15,285 bases of DNA from an uncultured Deferribacteres bacterium (lineage in GTDB: Bacteria > Zhuqueibacterota > Zhuqueibacteria > Zhuqueibacterales > Geothermadaptataceae): positions 1 through 15,285 of the forward strand of contig CAXHAT010000186.1 of assembly GCA_964014485.1 (NCBI GenBank), given 5' to 3'. Below, piece by piece: positions 1 through 6,345 of this stretch. The stretch's first letter is position 1, and each line of letters begins with the position of its first letter. Under the pieces are notes generated by a model, which made no database searches, was not told where the DNA came from, and saw only the letters and a list, made by a program, of their open reading frames with translations. The position numbers were made by a program, and so were the translations under genes.

Positions 1-137
1 GGCGGGAATCCAGTCAATCGCGCACAGCCCCTGGATTCCCGCCGGAGTTTACCCTCGCGCAGGCGGGGGCGGGAATGACGCAAAAGTGACGTTTCTCAGG
101 TGCTATTTGTGAAATTTCCGAAAGCGCGTAACATCAG
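1..137. mobile_element. MITE-like element, copy A (left part cut off by the window edge), carrying a GTCATTCCC...GGGAATCCAG-type REP doublet
   Basis: 1-43 matches 3938-3980 at 41/43 nt and 80-137 matches 3995-4052 at 50/58 nt. It ends in the same terminal repeat GCGTAACATCAG (126-137). A 25-nt segment (44-68) replaces TGC in the second palindrome. Confidence 0.85.
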
Positions 138-152
138 TTTATAAATGATATT

Positions 153-878
153 TTGTTTTACCAAACTCAACACCGAGCCTTGCAAAATTCTGATCCAAAT
201 CCCGACTTGCTATTCGATCGAAAAATAAGAACTTACGCCAAACGCGTCGGGCGCGTCACAAAAGCGCAACGCCAGGCGATTGAGGCGTTTTACCCGAACT
301 ACGGCTTGCCGGTTTCCTCCGCGCCTCTTGATCTTAAGAAAATCTTCGAAAATTCCAATCCCGTCATCATGGACATTGGCTTTGGGAACGGCGCGTCCAC
401 TTCCCGGATGGCTCTGGCCGCCTCGGAAAAAAATTTTCTCGCCGTCGAAGTCTATTCAGCAGGAATCGGCAGCTTGCTTAAAACAATTGCGACGCAAAAC
501 ATTCAGAACGTCAGAGTGATTCAGCACGACGCTTTGGAGGTTTTGCGAGAGATGATTCCTGATGCGAGTCTGGCCGGGTTTCACATCTTTTTCCCAGATC
601 CCTGGCCGAAAAAAAAGCACCACAAAAGACGACTCATCAGCCCGGAAAATACAAAATTGCTGTGCCAAAAACTCGCGCCCGGCGGCGTCATTCATACTGC
701 CACCGATTGGGCGGCTTATGTTGAAGAAATGCTCGAAATTTTTGAAGCCGAGCCCAATTTGAAAAACCGTTTTTCCAGTTTTGCACCGAGACCGGATTCT
801 CGACCAATCACGCCGTTTGAAAGGCGCGCGTTAGCCGAAGGCCGTAAACCCAGAGATTTGATCTTCGAACGAATTTAG
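153..878 (+). CDS. trmB: tRNA (guanine-N7)-methyltransferase TrmB
   Basis: TrmB motifs IRTY..R.GR.T..Q, DIGFGNG (SAM-binding), AVEVY, FFPDPWPKKKHHKRRLI, ATDW..Y and T.FERR. The start codon is uncertain (TTG 153 or a slightly later TTG). Confidence 0.95.
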   Translation: MFYQTQHRALQNSDPNPDLLFDRKIRTYAKRVGRVTKAQRQAIEAFYPNYGLPVSSAPLDLKKIFENSNPVIMDIGFGNGASTSRMALAASEKNFLAVEVYSAGIGSLLKTIATQNIQNVRVIQHDALEVLREMIPDASLAGFHIFFPDPWPKKKHHKRRLISPENTKLLCQKLAPGGVIHTATDWAAYVEEMLEIFEAEPNLKNRFSSFAPRPDSRPITPFERRALAEGRKPRDLIFERI

Positions 879-895
879 AGCGCCCAATAAAAACG

Positions 896-1285
896 TCATT
901 CCACCAATATTTCCATCAGCTCAACTTGCATTCCGTCCGGCGCTTCGATAAAGGCGACTTTGAGATCAGGGGATGGTCTCAGACTTTCGCTAACGAATTT
1001 GGCTCCGCGTTCTTTATAAAAAGCGACGGCTTTGTCATGATCATCGACCTCGAACGCAATGTGATACACGCCCAAACGCTCCGTCGCAGACTCAGCTTCG
1101 CGTGGATTTTCGTCAGGATTTGGCGCGAAAAACAACGATTGGCCGCCTAACTTTATGTGCAAATGCGTTCTGCCGCTCAGCTCTTTTCCGCCGACAAATT
1201 CTCCGCCCAATACGCCGCAATAAAACGTTTTTGTCGCTTCTAAATTGCTGCTCCGATAGTGTACGTGATTAAATTTCAGCTTCAT
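896..1285 (-). CDS. VOC (glyoxalase/bleomycin resistance/dioxygenase) family protein
   Basis: Motifs NHVHY....LEAT..FY..VLG, GVYHIAFEVDD and AFIEAPDG..VEL. Start moved from 1363 to ATG 1285 (MKLKFNH), which has an upstream AAGGA RBS. Confidence 0.9.
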   Translation of the reverse strand: MKLKFNHVHYRSSNLEATKTFYCGVLGGEFVGGKELSGRTHLHIKLGGQSLFFAPNPDENPREAESATERLGVYHIAFEVDDHDKAVAFYKERGAKFVSESLRPSPDLKVAFIEAPDGMQVELMEILVE

Positions 1286-1441
1286 GTCCAACGATTCCTT
1301 TTTGTTCAAAGCTCTTGCTCTCTTCTCGAACACAAAAGTAGACGCAAAGCCAGCCAATGTCAAGCGGGCTCATCTATGGTTCGACGGCAATTGCTTGGCA
1401 TTTTTGTCGAGAGCTTCCATTTTAGTCATACTTTTGCATAA

Positions 1442-1629
1442 CGGATGTTACGCGCTGTCGCAAAAGAAGCAGGAGCGGGACGTCCAAAAACAAAAAAATT
1501 GCGAAGTTACACGCAACATGTTGTAGGGGTTCAAAATCTTGAACCCCTACATTTGGTATAGCTTCCATTCAGAGATCATCTTTTTTGACGGTTCCACTCT
1601 ATTTTCTATATCGGCGCGTGTAACATCAG
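1442..1629. mobile_element. Degenerate MITE-like element, copy B, with the same terminal repeat family but a different interior
   Basis: Ends CGGATGTTACGC (1442-1453) and GTGTAACATCAG (1618-1629) each differ by 1 nt from the 12-bp TIR of 3879-4052. 1442-1464 matches the reverse complement of the copy A end at 20/23 nt. Length is 188 bp versus 174 bp. No target-site duplication. Confidence 0.55.
1522..1551. repeat. GTAG-type REP-like palindrome TGTAGGGGTTCAA-AATC-TTGAACCCCTACA
   Basis: Perfect 13-bp stem with a 4-nt loop. It contains the 5' GTAG tetranucleotide typical of RAYT/TnpA(REP)-associated REPs. It lies between divergent genes, so it is not in a terminator position. Confidence 0.75.
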
Positions 1630-1652
1630 CGAACAGAAACGAGGACACGATT

Positions 1653-2306
1653 TTGATCAACAAGTTCCGCGAGCCCATGAACGGGCTGACCCATTGCATT
1701 CCCGGAATATTTGCGATTTTTGCTCTGATTTTATTAATCGACAAGGCGCTTGATTCTTTTGAGCCGATAAAGTTCACCGGTTTTTTGATTTTTGGTCTGG
1801 CGATGATTTTGTTGTTTACCGCCAGCACGCTCTACCATTGGCTCGTTGTTTCCGAAGAAAACCAAAAACGTCTGCGAAAGTTCGACCACATCATGATTTT
1901 CATTTTCATCGCCGCGACCTACACGCCGTTTTGCCTTGGGCCGTTAAAGGGCGAGTGGGGCTGGAGTCTGCTCGCGGCCATCTGGCTCGCCGCCTTGCTC
2001 GGCGTCTTTTTAAAATTGCGGAAAAAGGAAATGAAGCGGTGGGCGTCGACGGCGATTTATGTTTTCATGGGCTGGCTGGTTATTTTCGCTGTCGTCCCGT
2101 TCGTCAAAACCGTTCGTCCCGAGGCGCTGTTTTGGGTGGCGTTCGGCGGCTTTTTTTATACGACCGGCGCACTGATTTATGCGCTGAAAAAACCAAACCC
2201 CTGGCCGAAGCATTTTGATTTCCACGCCGTTTGGCATGTGTTTGTGGTTGTCGGAAGTTTCTCACATTTTTGGGCGATTTATCGCTATCTCGGAACACCT
2301 TCATAG
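1653..2306 (+). CDS. Hemolysin III / PAQR family membrane protein (TrhA/YqfA-like)
   Basis: Motifs REP.NGLTH, ASTLYH, LRKFDH.MIF.FIAATYTPF, Y..MGW, GG.FYT.GA and FHAVWHVFV..GS..H, with about 7 hydrophobic segments. Start set at TTG 1653 behind GAGGA (1641-1645). The ORF-track start at 1539 lies inside the REP palindrome. Confidence 0.93.
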   Translation: MINKFREPMNGLTHCIPGIFAIFALILLIDKALDSFEPIKFTGFLIFGLAMILLFTASTLYHWLVVSEENQKRLRKFDHIMIFIFIAATYTPFCLGPLKGEWGWSLLAAIWLAALLGVFLKLRKKEMKRWASTAIYVFMGWLVIFAVVPFVKTVRPEALFWVAFGGFFYTTGALIYALKKPNPWPKHFDFHAVWHVFVVVGSFSHFWAIYRYLGTPS

Positions 2307-2336
2307 AACCGGATTCTGAACTGAGGAGGAAAAGGA

Positions 2337-3791
2337 ATGCCGCATCGTATCAAGTTGCTCGCAGCCATTGTTCTTTTATCGACGAACGCGCTTTGGGCGG
2401 CGTACAACAAAAAGGCGAAATCGAGCATGATCGCCGCCATCGAGTCGCAACATGAAATTTATTGGCAAGCGGCCCAGCAGATTTGGGAGTGGGCTGAGCC
2501 GGGCTATCAGGAAGAAAAATCATCGGCGCTGCTGGCTGAATTTTTCGAAAAAGCCGGATTCGAAATCCAAAAAGGCGTGGCTGAAATTCCAACGGCGTTC
2601 ACGGCGACTTTTGGCTCTGGGAAGCCGGTCATCGGCGTACTTGGGGAATACGACGCCTTGCCAGGTTTGGCGCAAGAAGCCGTGACTGAGCGTAAGAAGC
2701 GAGCTGGGAGTGAAAACGGTTACGGCCACGGCTGCGGCCATCATATGTTCGGCGTTGCGTCCGCCGCAGCCGCGCTTGCGATTGCCGAACAAATCAAATC
2801 CGGCAAATTGAAAGGCACTGTGCGGTTTTACGGCACGCCTGCTGAAGAGGGCGGCTCCGCGAAAGTTTTCATTGCCCGCGCCGGTCTTTTTAAAGATTGC
2901 GACGCCGTTTTGCACTGGCATCCCGGCTCCGGCAACGCCGCCGGCGATCCAAGCTGTCTTGCCCGCATCGCGGTAAAATTTCGTTTTCACGGACAAGCGG
3001 CCCACGCGGCCGGATCTCCGGAGCAAGGACGTTCCGCATTGGATGCTGTTGAAATCACCAATCACGCCGCTCAATTGATGCGTGAACACACGCCCGATTT
3101 TACCCGCATCCATCACGTCGTGACTGCGGGCGGCGGCGCGCCCAATGTCGTGCCGAATTTCGCCGAGGTGTTTTTCTACGTGCGCCACCCGGACGCGACG
3201 GTTGTGAAAGCGCTTTACAAACGTCTGCTCAAATGCGCCGAGGCCGGAGCGCTGGCTACGGAAACGGAGCTTGAGGTGGAATATCTAGGCGGGACGCACA
3301 ACATCATTCCGAACGACGCTCTTGCGCAAGTCACGCTCAGAAATCTGCGAGAATTGAACGACTTGAGCTACACCGAAGAAGAAGCGGCGTTTGCAAAGCA
3401 AATTCAAGAAACGCTGCCCAATCCCCGCCCGTTGGAGTCAATCAAAACGGTTTTTGACGCCAGCGGTCAAGTGACGAAAGGCTCTACAGACGTGGGCGAC
3501 GTTTCCTGGGTCGTCCCAACGACCGGGCTTTCAACCGCGACCTGGGCGCCAGGCACGCCCGCGCACTCCTGGCAGGCCGTTGCGTGCGGCGGTACGACTT
3601 TGGGCAAAAAGGGGATGATGTTGGCGGCCAAAGCTCTGGCGGCCACGGCATGGGATCTATACCACGAACCGAAAACTTTGCAAACGGCGAAGGAAGAATT
3701 GGAAAAAAGGCTCGAAGGAAAAACCTACTCGGCCATGCTTGAAGAAGGCCAAAAACCCCCGCTGGATTATCGTAACGCACCGGGGAAATAG
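2337..3791 (+). CDS. M20 family amidohydrolase, AbgB (p-aminobenzoyl-glutamate hydrolase subunit B)-like, with N-terminal signal peptide
   Basis: Motifs LGEYDALPGL, GHGCGH, GTPAEEGG, WHP, G..AHAA..P..GRSALDAVE, PNVVP, GSTDVGDVSW and AHSWQ. N-terminus is basic then hydrophobic and ends in ALWA. GAGGAG RBS upstream. Confidence 0.92.
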   Translation: MPHRIKLLAAIVLLSTNALWAAYNKKAKSSMIAAIESQHEIYWQAAQQIWEWAEPGYQEEKSSALLAEFFEKAGFEIQKGVAEIPTAFTATFGSGKPVIGVLGEYDALPGLAQEAVTERKKRAGSENGYGHGCGHHMFGVASAAAALAIAEQIKSGKLKGTVRFYGTPAEEGGSAKVFIARAGLFKDCDAVLHWHPGSGNAAGDPSCLARIAVKFRFHGQAAHAAGSPEQGRSALDAVEITNHAAQLMREHTPDFTRIHHVVTAGGGAPNVVPNFAEVFFYVRHPDATVVKALYKRLLKCAEAGALATETELEVEYLGGTHNIIPNDALAQVTLRNLRELNDLSYTEEEAAFAKQIQETLPNPRPLESIKTVFDASGQVTKGSTDVGDVSWVVPTTGLSTATWAPGTPAHSWQAVACGGTTLGKKGMMLAAKALAATAWDLYHEPKTLQTAKEELEKRLEGKTYSAMLEEGQKPPLDYRNAPGK

Positions 3792-3800
3792 TCGGAGATT

Positions 3801-3834
3801 TTCAGGACGTTTCTTGACGGAGAAACGTCCTGAA
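3801..3834. terminator. Perfect 14-bp hairpin between convergent genes (probable terminator)
   Basis: TTCAGGACGTTTCT-TGACGG-AGAAACGTCCTGAA starts 10 nt after the amidohydrolase stop. There is no strong U-tract on either strand. Confidence 0.6.
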
Positions 3835-3878
3835 TTCACGATACGTCAAACGACAAATGCGATTTTTGAATTATTTCA

Positions 3879-4052
3879 CTGATGTTACGCTCCAGCTATG
3901 AAGCTAAAGAAACTCCTGTTAAAGTCATTCCCACGCAGGTGGGAATCCAGTCAATCGCGCACCGCCCCTGGATTCCCGCCTGCGCGGGAATGACGTGAAA
4001 GCGACGTTTCTCTGGTGCTGTTTGAGAAATTTCCAAAAGTGCGTAACATCAG
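3879..4052. mobile_element. Complete 174-bp MITE-like element, copy C
   Basis: Perfect 12-bp TIRs CTGATGTTACGC (3879-3890) and GCGTAACATCAG (4041-4052), flanked by the exact 8-bp direct repeat TTATTTCA (3871-3878 and 4053-4060). Too short to encode a transposase. A second copy is at 1-137. Confidence 0.9.
3924..3994. repeat. Inverted doublet of REP-like palindromes, each with an ATTCCC-N8-GGGAAT core (dRS3-like)
   Basis: GTCATTCCCACGCAGGTGGGAATCCAG (3924-3950) and CTGGATTCCCGCCTGCGCGGGAATGAC (3968-3994) are reverse complements at 25/27 nt and are separated by 17 nt. Confidence 0.88.
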
Positions 4053-4622
4053 TTATTTCATCCTTTGCTTCTTCCAGTCACGATAAATGGAAGCGATCTT
4101 GGGTACGTTGTTAAAAAACGTCTCGCTCTTAGGCTCTTCGCCGGTCGTTTTCCAAAAGAGTTCCTTTTCATCCTCAGACCAGACGATCAGCGTATTTTCT
4201 TCAGTTTTGAAAATCTTGCCGTTGGTTTCAATAAGACTGTCGCCGCCAAAAAACTCTTCATCAAAAACAACGATTCTCTCGCCGTTCGCGACGATAAACT
4301 TCAACTCTTCATCAAGCTTTTTGGTCACCAATTCAAATTTGGCGATCACCTGATCGTTCTCGATGTAAATCTCACGATCCTTGACCGCCGTGCCTTTCCC
4401 CCATTCCGTCAGAAATGAGTCGCCCATAAAGGCTTCAACAAATTCATCAAAGTCCTTTTTGATCTTGTCATCTTCTTCTGCGTCGGAAGAAAAATTTATC
4501 AACTTCATGATAATTCTGGTCGGCGCGCCTTCCTCGCCGACAATGACGCGGGTCTCGGTCGATTCAAAATCCCAGCAACCGACAAATAAAAACATTGACG
4601 ATATAATGATGAGCTTTTTCAT
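4053..4622 (-). CDS. Hypothetical acidic lipoprotein
   Basis: MKKLIIISSMFLFVG-C is a signal peptide with a lipobox-like FVGC. GGAG RBS upstream of ATG 4622. No recognised domain. Confidence 0.8.
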   Translation of the reverse strand: MKKLIIISSMFLFVGCWDFESTETRVIVGEEGAPTRIIMKLINFSSDAEEDDKIKKDFDEFVEAFMGDSFLTEWGKGTAVKDREIYIENDQVIAKFELVTKKLDEELKFIVANGERIVVFDEEFFGGDSLIETNGKIFKTEENTLIVWSEDEKELFWKTTGEEPKSETFFNNVPKIASIYRDWKKQRMK

Positions 4623-4681
4623 TGGATGCTCTCCGAGTTTTAGATTCATTTTTCTAATTGGCTTTCATCATGCTCCTTGGC

Positions 4682-4712
4682 GTAAAAACGTCAGGCAGCG
4701 AATTGAGCTTGC
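4682..4712 (-). promoter_or_regulatory. Candidate ECF-sigma promoter upstream of the lipoprotein gene
   Basis: Minus strand reads GCAAG-ctcaattcgctgcctga(17)-CGTT-tttAC, the same architecture as 6131-6161. Confidence 0.5.
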
Positions 4713-4714
4713 GG

Positions 4715-5476
4715 TTATTTCGCATCAGCGAGCATTTGTAAATCCTGCAAAGTGAATTTCCCTTCCGCTCCTCTAAATCTCAAAAGCCCTCGCTTGGCCG
4801 CTTCTAAAGGATTCTGAGTCAGAGCGTTCCTTAGCAGCTTCATAAGCACAAATCTTCCTTGCAATTTTTTGCGCATGGGCGGAGAAGGAGCGGACGTAAG
4901 CGCGTTTAAAAAACGGGTTGCATAGTAGCCGCGCGTACTGCGTAATTTGCTCGTCTTGCGCAGATATTCAACGGACGCAAGTGCGGTCGTCACGGTAATT
5001 GAGTCGGAGAGCAAGGCACGTCTCTCATTTTCCGCTTGTAATGAAGTCAGCAAGCCTTGATAATCATGGCTTCGTAAATAATCTTCAGCAGTTCTGCGAG
5101 TCAGGAACGAGGTTTCGTCCATCAAAATCCATAGCCCGAAAAAAATCAGCGCCACAACCACTGCAAAAGCTGTCTGAGGACGTGCAAATATAACTTTGCC
5201 AATCATTGGCTTTTTGGTCGATGGCTTCCGAAGAGGTTTTTCCGTCGTCGAAGCGAGAATACTGCGTTTCAAGCTTGCGTAATACGCTTCGGGCAATTCC
5301 ACCTCACCCATTTCCTTCGCCGCAGCGTTGATTGCTCCGTATCCCAGCAAACGCCTGGCGCATGCCGGACAGGATTTTAAATGCTCGAGGACGTTTTTCT
5401 CGTCTTCAGCGGACAGCTCGCCTTCGATGAAGCGGGACGATAACTTTTCAAAGATTTTGCAGTTCATGACGCTCAT
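4715..5476 (-). CDS. Zinc-binding (zf-HC2/ZAS) transmembrane anti-sigma factor
   Basis: N-terminal MNC......S..IEGELS.......EHLKSCPAC (HxxxCxxC) and one TM segment AFAVVVALIFFGLWIL. Its ATG overlaps the sigma stop codon (ATGA, 5473-5476). Confidence 0.9.
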   Translation of the reverse strand: MSVMNCKIFEKLSSRFIEGELSAEDEKNVLEHLKSCPACARRLLGYGAINAAAKEMGEVELPEAYYASLKRSILASTTEKPLRKPSTKKPMIGKVIFARPQTAFAVVVALIFFGLWILMDETSFLTRRTAEDYLRSHDYQGLLTSLQAENERRALLSDSITVTTALASVEYLRKTSKLRSTRGYYATRFLNALTSAPSPPMRKKLQGRFVLMKLLRNALTQNPLEAAKRGLLRFRGAEGKFTLQDLQMLADAK

Positions 5477-6090
5477 TCGTTGAAGTATTTTGAAAGCTCT
5501 TTTCTCAAGTTTCTGCGTGCGTGGTGCAAATTCACCAAAACATTATTTTCTTTGCATTGCAAAATTTCGGCGGTCTCCTTCACTGAAAACCCTTCAATAT
5601 CGCGGAGTGTAAAAACGGCCTTTTGTCTTGGTTTGAGCTTTTCCGCAGCATCAAGAACTCGCTCTTGAAACTCTTTTTTGGCAAAATCCGACTCGACCGT
5701 TGAGTCAGCTTTTTTGAGTTGATCTGACTGTTTCTGAGTTAATCTGAAAAAACGCAGAACCGCTCTTTTGCGCAAAATATCGATACAGCGGTTGACCAGA
5801 ATTTTCGTGAGCAGCGGCTTCAAGTCAAGTCCTTCGCTCTGCCATTTCCCGGACTCCCAAAGCCTGAGAAAGGCCTCTTGCACAACATCGCGCGCGTCTT
5901 CAACATTTCCAAGCATCCGGCATGCGATGGAGACCAACTTTCTTTGGTGATTATCAATCAGCTCTTCAAACTGATTCTCAAATGCTAAACGTTTACGATC
6001 TATGGCAGTGTCCTTGATTTCTTGCCTCGCTCGTGTTTCTAGCCAAACCGTCGCTCTTCGCCTCCAAACCAGGCGGCAACCTATCTGCAC
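5473..6090 (-). CDS. ECF RNA polymerase sigma-70 factor
   Basis: Region 2 (A.RMLG..EDARDVVQEAFLRLW, L.KILVNRCID.LRK) and region 4 (L.PRQKAVF.LRDIEGFSVKETAEIL...ENNV..NLHHARR.LR). The start is uncertain. GTG 6090 has GGAG 9 nt upstream, while the ORF track gives TTG 6129. Confidence 0.93.
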   Translation of the reverse strand: MQIGCRLVWRRRATVWLETRARQEIKDTAIDRKRLAFENQFEELIDNHQRKLVSIACRMLGNVEDARDVVQEAFLRLWESGKWQSEGLDLKPLLTKILVNRCIDILRKRAVLRFFRLTQKQSDQLKKADSTVESDFAKKEFQERVLDAAEKLKPRQKAVFTLRDIEGFSVKETAEILQCKENNVLVNLHHARRNLRKELSKYFNE

Positions 6091-6130
6091 GTACGTCCGC
6101 TCCAAACGCTTCGGCGTTTGCTTGAGCAAA

Positions 6131-6161
6131 GTTCTGACGACGTAAAGTAAAAACCCCTTGC
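6131..6161 (-). promoter_or_regulatory. Candidate autoregulatory ECF promoter
   Basis: Minus strand reads GCAAG-gggtttttactttacgt(17)-CGTC-agaAC. CGTC is a common ECF -10 core, and the motif recurs at 4682-4712. Confidence 0.5.
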
Positions 6162-6345
6162 TCTATTGGGAAAACGAACCCATGCTGAAAATATTAAACT
6201 ATTTTTTCAGCATGATACAGAGTCGTCACTTTTTATCTCACATACCGAAAGGTAAATTTGTATTATTGTGAGAATTTGCGAATGATTTTCTTCCAGTACT
6301 TTAAATGCATGAGAGCAATTTAAAAATGATTCAGGGGCGATAGAA

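Noticed and set aside
126..1453. GCGTAAC / GTTACGC motifs as integron attC core sites
   Set aside because: They do not fit RYYYAAC...GTTRRRY, they are in the wrong order within each element, and there is no integrase. The TIR plus TSD explains them better.
1431..1458. CTTTTGCATAA-CGGATG-TTACGCGCTGT as a dif-like XerC/D site
   Set aside because: Only the inner TAA-N6-TTA matches. The XerD arm (TTATGTTAAAT) is not conserved, and the match overlaps the TIR.
1412..1569. 10-bp direct repeat AGCTTCCATT (1412-1421 and 1560-1569) as a target-site duplication
   Set aside because: It does not abut any inverted repeat and straddles the copy B boundary, so it may be chance.
1539..1652. N-terminal extension of the hemolysin III ORF in the ORF track
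   Set aside because: It starts inside a REP palindrome and MITE-like sequence. The RBS and the family motif support TTG 1653.
1..4052. Palindromic repeats as a CRISPR array
   Set aside because: The copies are dispersed, with no regular repeat-spacer period and no cas genes.
4654..4678. AAGGAG followed by the mini-ORF MMKAN upstream of the lipoprotein
   Set aside because: Five codons with short RBS spacing. It could be a gene remnant but cannot be supported.
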